This document shows positions 44,701 to 54,800 of a stretch of 64,000 nt of DNA, piece by piece. Position numbers and translations under genes: made by a program. Source of the DNA: Candidatus Poseidoniaceae archaeon (GTDB taxonomy: Archaea; Thermoplasmatota; Poseidoniia; Poseidoniales; Poseidoniaceae); assembly GCA_943788655.1 (NCBI GenBank), contig CALSRB010000007.1, positions 149,774-213,773 on the forward strand. The letters are read 5' to 3'. A model generated the notes under the pieces. That model did no database searches. It had not been told where the DNA came from and saw only the letters and a program-made list of their open reading frames with translations. Position 1 is the first letter of the stretch. Each line of letters begins with the position of its first letter.

Positions 44701-46489
44701 CGACAATGCTGCCTTGGGATTTGAGGGGCAGTGTCGCTGCGCCATTGGTGTTGCTTTGTAAGATGAAGCCGTGAACGGCAATGGTTGCTTCGATTGGTGA
44801 GCCTGTGAGATCGGTGAATGTCACAGGTGTCTCCTCAAGGAAGTCTGAGGAGGAGGTGGCAATGGTCGCAGTTGTTGAACCGCCGTACAAGAGGTAGCCA
44901 TCCCCCAGTGCATCGGAGGAGGTTGCCTGAGTGTTTTGGGGTTGGAAATCGCGGACGGTGGCTGTGCTGTCAGTTGCAACGGCAAGGGGAGTTCCGTGTA
45001 GATTTGCACCCCAGCTGGACGCTTGCAATGTGGATGTTCCATCGAGTTGGACGCCCGTTGGGAAGACCCTTGTTGTCAGAGAATCAACGCTGAGGTGAGA
45101 GTCCTCTAGGGAAATACCGACTGATTTTCCATCAACGGTCGAAATTGAATCACCGCTGAGCAAGGTGTTGCTGAGTTGGATACCATTGCCATAGTGAGCA
45201 ATCGAAAATCCCTCCGTGGAAATGGTGCTGTACCATGCTTTGAGACCGATGGAAGTGAGGTCTTGTGAAGAATAAGGTTTGGTGGCCTCGATGTTTTTCC
45301 ATGCATGGTCGCCGTCGAGGACGTCGATGGCAAGCGCCTCTGAGGAGATGGAATGGATGGTTGCTTCCTCGATGGTGCTGCTTGGACCGCGAAGGCTGAT
45401 GGCGGCGTCAGAACCATTGAGATGCGCGGTTGACATTGTCAATTCCCCATTACCGGATGCATCGATGTTTCGCAGGCTTGATGTGGCCGTTAGGTCGTTG
45501 AAGGTGTGATGGCCGTCTCCCGAAAGAGCAAGTCCCCATACTGTGTTGCTGATCACTGTGCTGTTCCATGTGCAAGACCCGCTGCACCGTTGGTCAAGCA
45601 CGGCCCTCGATTCGTTTAGGTTTCCAGTGAAGGTGATGTCTTGAGCGTGAATGTGTGTGGCGCCGTTTGCAAGGAGGAGGCGGTGGCCAGAGAGGACCAT
45701 CGTGTCGAGTGTGAGGTCATCGCTGTCGCCAGCATCGACAGCCAATGCAACATTCGACCCGATGACGCTTGCTATTGATGTCGTGGCACCCGCTTGGCTG
45801 GCAATACCAACCGCAACGCCATCAAAAGCGATGCCCGATGCCTGTAGATGGCCTGATGTAGCCTTGAGAGCGAGGCCGGTCTGGTAAAATGAAACATCGG
45901 AAACGTCGCTTGAACCGGAAGAAATGATGCCGCCAGCAACATTCGTGAAGGTGGCCTCTTCAATTGACAAGGCACCTGTGCTTCGAACCACATCGTAGTC
46001 GACATCGTTTGCAACAACGTCCGAGAGTGTGGCGCTACCGCCGTTATTGATGCCAATGTAGGCATCGTTGATTGTAAGCGCCGAGGCTGTTAGGACCCCG
46101 TGGTTTCGGACGGCTGTTTTGCTGTTGTTGATGACCACATCTGTCAACTGCGCGTGGCCGTTAGATTCGACCTGCAGTCCGACCCATAACCCAGCCCCAT
46201 GAGACCCTTGTGTGAGCGGTGTTACTGAAGAAAAGAACGTGGTGTCTGTGGCGAACAACGACCCCTCGACACGAAGCCAGTGATCATCGCCAGCATCGAT
46301 GGTGGTGCCAGGCGAGATGGTGAGTGTTGTTCCGTTGGCCACTGTAACGTTTCCATTGAGGACAATGGCGCCTGACCATGTTGTTTCACTCGTCACCGTT
46401 GTGTCTGTTGCCGAAGCTGGTTGCAAAACGGTGCTGAGTGATGCAAGAAGAAGAAGCAAGACGAGCGTCGAAGCCTGAACGGTTCGCAT
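41795..46489 (-). CDS. giant surface protein with parallel beta-helix repeats, C-terminal TSP3-like Ca-binding repeats and a TM anchor
   Basis: ATG at 46489 gives MRTVQASTLVLLLLLASLSTVLQPASA. There are hundreds of residues of G/N/S/T/V-rich turns of about 22 aa. The C-terminus has DTDDDNDGVPDARDDYPLD, DTDGDGQPDD and DQDDDNDGIPD, then the TM LLLIALIAVAVVLFLV. Confidence 0.75.
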   Translation of the reverse strand: MRTVQASTLVLLLLLASLSTVLQPASATDTTVTSETTWSGAIVLNGNVTVANGTTLTISPGTTIDAGDDHWLRVEGSLFATDTTFFSSVTPLTQGSHGAGLWVGLQVESNGHAQLTDVVINNSKTAVRNHGVLTASALTINDAYIGINNGGSATLSDVVANDVDYDVVRSTGALSIEEATFTNVAGGIISSGSSDVSDVSFYQTGLALKATSGHLQASGIAFDGVAVGIASQAGATTSIASVIGSNVALAVDAGDSDDLTLDTMVLSGHRLLLANGATHIHAQDITFTGNLNESRAVLDQRCSGSCTWNSTVISNTVWGLALSGDGHHTFNDLTATSSLRNIDASGNGELTMSTAHLNGSDAAISLRGPSSTIEEATIHSISSEALAIDVLDGDHAWKNIEATKPYSSQDLTSIGLKAWYSTISTEGFSIAHYGNGIQLSNTLLSGDSISTVDGKSVGISLEDSHLSVDSLTTRVFPTGVQLDGTSTLQASSWGANLHGTPLAVATDSTATVRDFQPQNTQATSSDALGDGYLLYGGSTTATIATSSSDFLEETPVTFTDLTGSPIEATIAVHGFILQSNTNGAATLPLKSQGSIVDVSLGGAGVRVTLYGGSMGQSVQVPVIPQGDWTITSGQVVYLGARPDGSPHVLTGDLTLETGSGLQLDSTTLLLPTDGLVSVQGSAQLMGDASTIAAHRFSMGFDSMLSSNSEDGFDVIGNVSWACQSLRTSERVHINGNLVLQPGCEYDLVAGSISGTVTALTGASLNVLSELNIRVLDQGEPVAGALISVDGSVASTDDQGRLSTTATAREVTDSSETTGGIKNVNLQIGSFTDFVTWDSSTSLDHTFMASRITGGSLDEWLILESQWSPYFLDADLTVSQTGTLSIDDGVSVRISEGRTITVDGAMDVGDATLSSTGQGARWGGLHLGSLTSSTIDLSASSVLEASPALTVSQFGQLSAAGTELARSSGADPLIVITSGSNATVELTDSTLYDAGSGCINTIATEGTLILSDVSLVNCNGVGLWARQSVVDVDGLSFSGEMTHGFEVTAVTGSMNNIDATAFNGSGYVGWLESIDGGFTVSDLNGTVGSMGGLAGINNRFIDLNTVQVSGAPAVDFDETAGIIDGLILNGEGTGTAFSSHHGRTMDSLIVEGLSAANYAVAIDLHADVDDGSIAPVVFRSPDILASVVLSADHYSARIEGGSIIGEVAASGAIVVNLVDVMATQTSAYDGAAIHMWTTFNFDAQVNGVPIEVIFAIGTTGHTSGHSTQVEGTSVLVELPIIIADESSTTTLTSVNLQATAPGLPIQTLTVNYTEGMNTSIVILMALNGAPIVEITTPYSGQRVMETTPLNAQVTYSDDLDSIDELTIEWIITDASGEEVLRGPNEAQYNITDLPYGFYVLEAKVTDALGASTSDAVDFEITQLDTDGDWTPSCTYTQQTNVWFNSAIGYPCGPDQEDTDDDNDGVPDARDDYPLDACASIDTDGDGQPDDVNCPDGITTWLFADQDDDNDGIPDTMEGTTVEDTDDFETGTLLLIALIAVAVVLFLVRMRKGGGDDLGEIDLTHL

Positions 46490-46583
46490 GGTCCAATCTT
46501 CGCATGCCTTCCATATCAATCCAAAGGGTCCGCGTCATTCGATTCGAATGGTTCGAACCACTGACTGAGAATGAAAGATCAGG

Positions 46584-46658
46584 TGGGCCCGCCCAGATTT
46601 GAACTGGGGTCTGACGGCCCCCAGCCGCCAAGTATAGGCCAAGCTAACCCACGGGCCC
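46584..46658 (-). tRNA. tRNA-Pro (anticodon GGG)
   Basis: Hand-folded on the minus strand. Acceptor GGGCCCG/CGGGCCC. D-loop with GG. Anticodon stem GGCGG/CCGTC with loop CTGGGGG. T-arm CCCAG-TTCAAAT-CTGGG. Discriminator A. It lies 27 nt downstream of the rpoN stop on the same strand. Confidence 0.85.
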
Positions 46659-46685
46659 CCGTGTTCTGATCTTCTAAATCGAGAC

Positions 46686-46889
46686 TCACTGAGTCGAAGC
46701 GCTGAATGGTGCAGCCTCGTAGATGAGGTCGATGTGACCCACATACATTCGGCGGCAGCAGTAGCGCGTCAAGCCAATCTTGTCGAGAGCTTCTGCGTCC
46801 TCAAGACCTGCGGCCTTGAGTTCGTTGAATTCTTCCCACTTGTGGGCAATAACGCCACCGCAACTGAAACATCGTACTGGTATAATCAT
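46686..46889 (-). CDS. rpoN: DNA-directed RNA polymerase subunit N (Rpo10)
   Basis: MIIPVRCFSCGGVIAHKWEEF...TRYCCRRM is the RPB10/RpoN signature. Confidence 0.95.
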   Translation of the reverse strand: MIIPVRCFSCGGVIAHKWEEFNELKAAGLEDAEALDKIGLTRYCCRRMYVGHIDLIYEAAPFSASTQ

Positions 46890-46898
46890 GCAATCACC

Positions 46899-47336
46899 TC
46901 ATCGATACGACTTCTGCTTCTTTCGGCGAGCACCACGACCGAGTTGGTGCTTTGCTTCCTTGCGACGTGGATCGTTCACCAAAAGGCTACGATCAAAGCG
47001 CAGGAATTCGTCTCGAAGTTCTTCGTCAATGCCTTCCGCACCGCCGTTGTAGTGGACAAGGCCACGAGCAATTGCGGTTCGGATAGCGTCGGTTTGACCC
47101 ATGATTCCGCCACCAAGGGTGGTGATGTTGATGTCGACCTTGCTGAGTCGGTTCATTGCATCAGCGATGATCAATGGTTCCATTGCCTTGCGTCGAGCAA
47201 GGGATGGTGATAGAATTTCGATTGGAGCGCTGTTCACACGAACCCGTCCCTTTCCAGCCTTCACCGATGCTCGGGCGACGGCTGTCTTGCGCTTTCCAGA
47301 GGATTGAACTGACTTTTGCTTTTTACGAGCCATCAT
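46899..47336 (-). CDS. rps9: 30S ribosomal protein uS9
   Basis: GKRKTAVARA...GGGIMGQTDAIRTAIARGL...RRKKQKSYR. Confidence 0.95.
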   Translation of the reverse strand: MMARKKQKSVQSSGKRKTAVARASVKAGKGRVRVNSAPIEILSPSLARRKAMEPLIIADAMNRLSKVDINITTLGGGIMGQTDAIRTAIARGLVHYNGGAEGIDEELRDEFLRFDRSLLVNDPRRKEAKHQLGRGARRKKQKSYR

Positions 47337-47827
47337 TGCTCACCTCCGTCCCAGCGGTGGGTTGGTGCGCCGAGGTCGGCGCTGATGTCACCCAGACGAA
47401 TGAATCGCTCAGGCATTCCCTTGCGGATTTTGCTAAGGTCACCATGTTGGTGGCCTTCAGGTAGATCGCCTGCAAGGTGGGCAGGACAACCGATTTCGAC
47501 CCGGAGGTTACGAAGGGCTCGGCGGCCACTGGACTTCTTTTGATATGGCAACATACCACGAACTGCACGCTTGAGGATCATGTCAGGCATACGTGGGTAG
47601 AACGGACCCTTACGGGCGTGGTTCAACTCATACTTTTTGTGGTACGTGTTCAAGACAGAGCGTGGTCGTCCGGAAACGATGGCTTTCTCTGCGTTGATGA
47701 TGATGACTTTGTCATCACGGTGCTCACGTGCAGCCTTGAGCAGAAGATCTGCCGAGGCTGATGCGAGACGGCCCATGATGAGGCCATCAGCGTCAAAGAC
47801 GTAGGTTGTTTCATCCAAGGATAACAA
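47333..47827 (-). CDS. rpl13: 50S ribosomal protein uL13
   Basis: VFDADGLIMGRLAS...IIINAEKAIVSG...MLPYQKKSSGRRALRNLRV. TTG start at 47827. Start/stop overlaps with both neighbours. Confidence 0.9.
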   Translation of the reverse strand: MLSLDETTYVFDADGLIMGRLASASADLLLKAAREHRDDKVIIINAEKAIVSGRPRSVLNTYHKKYELNHARKGPFYPRMPDMILKRAVRGMLPYQKKSSGRRALRNLRVEIGCPAHLAGDLPEGHQHGDLSKIRKGMPERFIRLGDISADLGAPTHRWDGGEQ

Positions 47828-48176
47828 CCCCCGTGCCTGTTGGGTTTTCGTTCATCAGCTCGCCGTAGGTCATGACTCGACCTCCAGCGGCTTCTATTTT
47901 CTCACGTGCACCGGTGCTAACACTGTAGGCGGCGATGGTGTGGTTGGCAGACAATTCCCCTGAGCCGAGCAGCTTGCCTGGTACGAGGATGGTTGCACCC
48001 TCGGGGGCGTAGCGGCTCACGCGGCTCAAGTTCGGCTGCGCCCAATTTTTGCGACTCTTGGAGAGTCGCATGGCCACATCTCGCCAAACAGGTGCTCCGG
48101 TGTCACGCGACTGGGCTTTCAACTGGTTGATTACATCAACCAGTCGTGCGTTTGTCTTTCGTGTCGGATTGCTCAT
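47811..48176 (-). CDS. rpl18e: 50S ribosomal protein eL18 (L18e)
   Basis: MSNPTRKTNARLVDVINQLK...VLVPGKLLGSGEL...GGRVMTYGEL. The ATG at 48176 is preceded by GGGAG. The ORF is open to 48218. Confidence 0.85.
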   Translation of the reverse strand: MSNPTRKTNARLVDVINQLKAQSRDTGAPVWRDVAMRLSKSRKNWAQPNLSRVSRYAPEGATILVPGKLLGSGELSANHTIAAYSVSTGAREKIEAAGGRVMTYGELMNENPTGTGVVILG

Positions 48177-48318
48177 TTGACTCCCTCGATGCTTTGAAGC
48201 AGTTCGCCGACTCGCCATCCCATTATCAATGCACCGACGCGGTTGGTCGCTCCTTCGCGCCGCAGTGACCCGAATTCGCCTGAGCGGAGTTCATGCTTCA
48301 TAGGGCGGCAGTGGGGCC

Positions 48319-48762
48319 TCACTCAAGCAAGATATCGCCTTGTGCGTCAAGCAGTTCCACAGTCAAACCAGCGGCTCGGCCTTGGATGATGATTTCGTCG
48401 TGGAGGGTATCTGAAAAGGCGTCCATGGCGCCAAGTTCTGTGCCGCCTGTGATGTCGGTGAGCTTGTCGATCAAGTGGTTGAGAACGCATGAAACGCCGT
48501 AGGCTTGACCCGCACGGAAGGCATGGTCGACACCGCCGATTTCAGGGTCCTCTGCCTTCATTCGTAGCATGACCGTTTGTGAGTAAGCGACCAAGGCGCC
48601 ATAGATGGCTTCGATGATTTGAGCAGCTTCCACGTCATCGAGAAGGTTTTGAGCGGTTGTAAGGCCTGCAAACACAGCACGCTCGTAGATCTTGAACGCC
48701 GCAATGGTGTCTGTTGTTTCTATTTGCATTGCTTCGCCGATGAGTTGCTTCCAATCGTCCAT
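48319..48762 (-). CDS. hypothetical acidic helical protein (147 aa)
   Basis: It occupies the position where rpoD (Rpo3) usually precedes rpl18e, but it has no Rpo3 motifs. Confidence 0.5.
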   Translation of the reverse strand: MDDWKQLIGEAMQIETTDTIAAFKIYERAVFAGLTTAQNLLDDVEAAQIIEAIYGALVAYSQTVMLRMKAEDPEIGGVDHAFRAGQAYGVSCVLNHLIDKLTDITGGTELGAMDAFSDTLHDEIIIQGRAAGLTVELLDAQGDILLE

Positions 48763-48814
48763 GGTGTTACCACACCGCACCTGCTCCTTGAAGGTTAAGG
48801 AGACAATACCGCAC

Positions 48815-48838
48815 AGAGGGCCTCAAAAGAGGCCCTCT
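48815..48838 (-). terminator. perfect 10-bp GC-rich hairpin AGAGGGCCTC-(4 nt)-GAGGCCCTCT just downstream of the giant gene stop
   Basis: Read directly. It begins 19 nt after the stop at 48857 on the minus strand, and the loop on that strand is TTTT. Confidence 0.5.
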
Positions 48839-48856
48839 TTACGATGCTGATTGGCT

Positions 48857-51800
48857 TCAAATTTTGAAGTCGGTGCCTTCGCCTTCGACAATACCTGCTT
48901 GTCGAACGGTTCCATCGGCTGCGACGAATTCTCCGGCCTTGGTCTGCTTGTCATACAAGCCAACCAATTCCTTACGGGTCACGCTGCCTTCTTCACCGAG
49001 GGCCACTGTCAACGAGGTCACGATGGTCTGCAGAGTTTGGAGGGCACGGTCGCGGTGAGAGGCGTCGATGGTGTGGTCAGAGTAACGTGCCTCTTCGAAG
49101 ATGGAGAGGAAATCACTGAGTTGCTCTGCTGGAACCATGTTGAACGCTGAACGAACAGCCGACTCGAATTCACGGGTCGTTTCGTACACCTTCTTCATGA
49201 AACCATATCGCTTGAAGTGCTTCACCAGACTCTTGTAACAATCGAAGATTGCTGCGATGTATTCGTTGCTGGCTTCGAGTTGCATCATTGTGTCGGTGAG
49301 GATACCCTTCAGGGCCTGCACCTGTCGGCGTTCTTGGGCTCGCTGATAGTAGATCAGTCCACCAATCAACAGGGCCATCAACAGCACACCAAGGGCCATG
49401 CCCCGGGCTGGTGTGAAGAAGCCTGATTGGGCATCGATTGAGCTTCTGATTTCATAGACAAGCTCGTGAGTGATGTTATCTTGGGATTCTGCGAAGTAGG
49501 TCGATCCTGGATAGTAAGCGATGATTCGCCATTGTCCATCGCATGTTTCGCCATCACAGGTTGTTCCTGCGAACGCCCATTCAAACTCAGCAACACCTTG
49601 TTCGTTTGTCTTGGATTTGTTTGTGCCTTCAATGACCCATTGTGCGTCTGCTTCCGACCAGTACTGTCGGACAAACCACACTTCTTCATTTTCGACTGCG
49701 AGGTCGAGACGGTCACGGAGAAGAGCAACAGAACCGATGACGGCTTCACCGTTATCGAGTCCGTTTCCTGCGAGGTGGCTCCAAGTCTGCTTGACTTGTA
49801 AGTCGATGCGAGAGCGGACAAGAATTTCCATGTCGACAAAGGAGCCATTCAAGACATTGGATGGATCCTTGTCACAACCACCTGGAACATTGACATCGGG
49901 TTCGTAAGCGAGGCGCAGTGTTCTGAATCCTTCCAATTTACCACCGGTGGTTTCAACACCCTTGAGGGTCGGGTTTTGGCTTGGATCGCCGCTGAACCAC
50001 TCGATTGTACCATCGATTTCGCTGGTGCGAATCGTTGACACTGGGCGGATGTTCTGGTCTGGGTCGAGGTAAATGTTGAGACACTTTCCACCAACGAACT
50101 GTCCGTTCGATTGTGTCAATTTCCCGTCGAGGTGGAACGATTCCTTGAGGTAAAGGACAGGGTAATTCGAACCATTTGGCGCAGTCCATGACTCGACGCT
50201 GGACTTGAAAGGTCCAACTTCGTTGATTGCAAGGGTTGAGTTCGAGAACACATCGAATTCGGTCAGAACCGTCTTGTTCTCGTATCGGTATGCATCGTTG
50301 TTGTCGTAGGAGGAGTAGGTGACTGTCACCTTCGCCTTGCCGGCCATCACGTCGGAGAGTGGACAGAGGATGGAGTATCGACCGTCCATGTCCGTCATAC
50401 CTGCTTGGCACGAAGTCGGGTTGGATTGGCCGTTAATCATCTCGTAACTCACACGGATGTTTCGGTTGGTGAGGTTGGTTCCTAATTCATCTTGGAGTTG
50501 GCCTGTGACCACCATTGGCTTGGGCACCACTTCGCCGGTAACTGGGTTGACTTCGCTTGTGTAAACGATTTGATCGTCAACGGTGAGCGAGGTTCGTCCA
50601 ATCAACGAGAAGCCGTTTGCATTGTTGGTCATCTTCAGTCTGAAGTGATCGTTTCCAGGAACGCTGGTGCACGGGTCCCATGCGCCCTGAATTGTCAAGG
50701 AGGTGGGTTGCAGAGCTTCGCAGCCTTCGTTTGGAAGGTTCTCCTCGAACCGGAGGATGACGTTGACTGGTCCGAATCCATCAGGAAGGAAAGATTCTGG
50801 GTCGTCACGCAACAACTGCGGATTGAGTGGGCTGATGTTGGACTTCAAGCAGCCAACCGTTTCGTTTCGGTCGAGGATGCCGTCTTGGTTGAAGTCACGG
50901 TCAGGAACATTGTCGCCGTTGCCGTCGTAGAAGCACAGGTGAGAATTATCCGGCTGTGGTTCTGGCAAGGAAATTAATCCAGCCGCTGGAGCAAGGGTTG
51001 CAACCACTTGTCGGTGGAAAACACCGTTGAAGTCAGAACCTTCGAAGATCACGTCCACAAGACCTGAGTTCGCGCCGTCGAGAGCGGCGCCGCCAGAATC
51101 TCGAATTGAGGTCTTATTGTCATCCACCACTTGGGCGGTGAAATCCCAACGGTCGCCGGATTGACGAAGGTTTGGATCAACCGATACAACAGAGAGGTAG
51201 GTTCGAGAAACGACCCACACTTCCTGCACCATCGTATTGCCCTTTAGCAATGAGGTGCCTGCAAATTCAAACTGTAAGGAGTACTTACCGAGCGGATCTT
51301 GTGCAGAGATGTTGAATGGTACTTCGAAGAATCCATTATCATCCGTGTAATTCACACCACTTCTTCCATCAGCAGACCATGTGTAATTGACGGCTGCATT
51401 GCGAACTGGTTGCAATGAGTTGTCAACCAACTTGGCTTGAATCGTAGTGCTGCTGTTTCGATACAAACGAGGCAGAGAGGTGGTTTGGAAGTCAGTGGTT
51501 CCAACAACGGTGACGTTGATGTAAGCACCAGTCGCTGCCAAGGTGGAACTGTTTCCGGTGAAGTAGTACGCGGAGTTCGTGAAATCAACACGCATTCCGT
51601 AGGTTCCAGAGCCGTATTGGCTGTACCATGACCAGTTGTAATCGAACTCGGCAACACCGTTGTTCATGACGGGGCGTTGGGTGTAAGCAGTTTCACCTGC
51701 ACCCAAGAATTGTCCATTTCCGTCAACGTCAACTTGGAGGGCCACTGGATCTGCATCCCATGGCTCGTTGGTTCGGTTGCTGACCTCTCCAATCACTTGA

Positions 51801-54800
51801 AGTGAGTCTCCTGTGTTCATTTCTGGAACGATTTCACAGCGGACGAGGCTGTTTGGATCGGTCGGGTCAACTGCGCCACATGGTGGCAAATCGCCGTCGC
51901 CGCCGTTCACGAGATTGATGAACCAATGGGTCGAGTTTGTGCTGATGAAGTCACGGAGGTTTGCTGCTTCACCAATCAATGTCTCAGGTGTACCATCCCA
52001 GTTGGTTGGGTATGGTTTCGACTTGGAGATGTCACTGAACACGAGGCCTGCGCCATTGAGTGCCTGCTCGTGGTACAATGTTGCCCAGTTACCGAAGCTA
52101 CCGTCACCGTTGTTAATCGTGGCATCGAAGTAGTACACAGGGTTCACGCCTGAGAGGATCATTTGAGCCTCGATGTTCATGCGGTGCATAACTCGGATCG
52201 ACTGTGCTTCTGTGTCATCACCATGGAGGTACGGGAATGGCCATTCGGTGGCAAGTTCCGGCTTGACACTGGCCGTGACTTCGTAGTCGCCAGCGGGTAA
52301 ACTGGTGTTCGTGTAGTCATACTCGATGATGTCGCCATTGCTGTCAAGCAGTGGTTCAAGCATGCCAGTGTTGGAGTTCCAAGCGACTTCTTCGTATCCG
52401 CCAGGCACCTTTCCTACACCGTTGTCGCGGGTGGAATTCCACTGTATTTGCTTCCAAATTCCGTTGATTCCGATGTCTTGGACGAAGGTCACAGACACAA
52501 GTCCAGATGGCCCGCTTCGGTATCCATCGCCGCCCAATCCTGTGAAGTTGGTTGGGTGGGTGAGGTTACCAAAGACACCGCCACGAACGGAGAAGGTCAT
52601 CGGCACGCTTGGGATCAAGTTGTTGAAAATACCGCGTTGGACGTCAGCAGTGTAGTAGGACCACATGTCAACCCAGAACGGTTGCTCATCGCTTCGGAAG
52701 TAACTGTTCATGAAGATGTCAGCGGTCAAGTTTGCTTCTGCTCCGACGTAGTAAGATTGCGACTGGGCGCCGTCAAACACGAACATTTCAGTTACCTCTG
52801 CGTAGACTCTGTACGTTGTGTTATCTCCAACGGTGAGGTCTTCAGGGTAAAGGAATTGACCAACGCTAAAGTTTCCAGATGCGGTGGTAAGGACGTCAAT
52901 CGTTTCAATTGCAGTTGTGTTGTTACCGGTCCACTCGATGTGAACTTGAACTGGCATGCCAACCGCCGGCTCCTGTTGGAGTGTAACTGGATTCACCCAT
53001 TCCACATATCCACTAAAGATGGAGGGAGTTTGTGCATCGAGCCAAAGATCGTTTGGTGGATTAAACGTAATGAAGGTCGGTGCCTTGTCATCTGCGTCAA
53101 GAGTGCAATCGTTGTCCGAATCCCAATCGCTGGACTCGGCGCCGTTGTAACATGGTGAGCTTGTGTACGTTTCTTCCAAGTGGTTGAAATCTAGATCATC
53201 ACGGGTGTCGTTGTCGTCATCTTGATCGATGGCATCCGGGCCCGTGTTGCTGTCAAGCGGGTTAGCGATTCCTTCACCATTGCCAAAGTCGTCGTGATCC
53301 CAGGGGTTGGTCGAGTTTCGGTCAAAGCGGGTTGGCCAGAGAAGCACTTCGTCTTCGTCTTTCATACCGTCTTCGTCGTCATCTTCGTCAATGTCATCTC
53401 GAGCGCCGTCGTTGTCGTGGTCGAACGCTTGCGTGATGCTGATTGCAAGTTCGACGTTGTTTGGAATACCGTCGCCATCCCAATCATTGTCTGCCCAATT
53501 GACAATTCCATCATTGTCGTGATCGAATGGAGATTCTTCTTCGCCCCAGAAGCAACCAGGGAGAAGTTCTTGATCGACATCGAGAATACCATTGTTATCG
53601 TCATCGGTGTCTTCGGCATCTGGAACACCGTCGTTATCGTTGTCAACGTCATACAGTGATGGTTCTCGGAGGCCTTGCGACATGATTCCTTGGTCCCAGA
53701 CTGCTTGGAAGAATCCGTCTTCATCGATGTCAGCGTCATTGCCATCGTCATCGTTGTCTTCACAGTTCGTTCCGCTGAAGAAATTGCCGTTCTCTTGGCC
53801 TGCATCGTTGTCCCAATCATCATCGCTGTCGATTTCAAAGTAATCCCAGATACCGTCGTTGTCGTCGTCGACATCGTACCAGTCAAAGACTGAATCGTAA
53901 TCATTGTCCAAGTCAACAGTCATGTTGGTGAAATCACCGTCTATGTCTCCGTCGACGTCGTTCTTGAGGAGGTCTGCACCCAGTTCGTCAGGGAAATCAG
54001 CGACTGGGCCGTTGTCAGAAGTCCATTGCCATAGACCTGTTGAAAGACCAACCCATGTGACGAATGCGTCACGGTTATCGGTCATCTGGAAGTGAGTGAT
54101 TCCGGATTCAATGGTGCCATCGCCGCCGAAGTCGTAGTGGTAACATCCACCTTGTGCACCGGGGGTGCAGCTCCAGTTGCCGGATGGCCCGCCCGCAGTA
54201 GCGCCTTGATCGACAAAGGCGTCGGGGCGCGTGGAGTATGGGGAGCCGAATTGTGCATTCACACCATTGAGTGGCATGTGGTAAGCCACAGCGTATTGGT
54301 ATCCGCAAGTGTGACCGGAACCGAGGTTTCCAGCAGTCCAACCACACTGGGTAAGGTTGAACGAACCGCCCATCTTTGGATCGTCTGTGTCCATGATTCC
54401 ATCATTTGCTTCATCTTGGTCCCACCAATCTGGAAGACCATCAGCGTCTTGATCGGTGTCAAGACCGTTTGTGAGTGAATCTCCATCGGCGTCAATGTCC
54501 CAATCGTTCCCACCGTTGTATGGAGACCACCGAGCAAACATGAACCAGTAAAATTCTGGAACGGTACCAGGTGTCGCTGGTGAAGTTGTGGCATCATAGC
54601 CGTTGTAGTTGAGCATGACATCAGCAAATGGGTTGTGCCAGAAGAGGAGGTTCCAGTGATCGTCAGGAGCATCGCCATATGGGGTGCTGTCTTGGCTGCC
54701 GTCAAGGTCGCCACCATCGTCGACCGGGTAATATGGTCGAGCAAATGCATCGCTTGAATCATAATCGACTACACCACAGTTTCCATCGTCAGGGTCGTAG

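Noticed and set aside
46520-46583. Small palindromes (cattcg-att-cgaatg; gttcgaac) between tRNA-Pro and the beta-helix giant start
   Set aside because: The stems are short (6 bp) and close to what chance gives in a 60-nt spacer. There is no supporting repeat elsewhere in the window.
46386-46744. ORFs 46386..46631 and 46535..46744 (-)
   Set aside because: They overlap tRNA-Pro and the start of the beta-helix giant or the rpoN 3' end. These are spurious.
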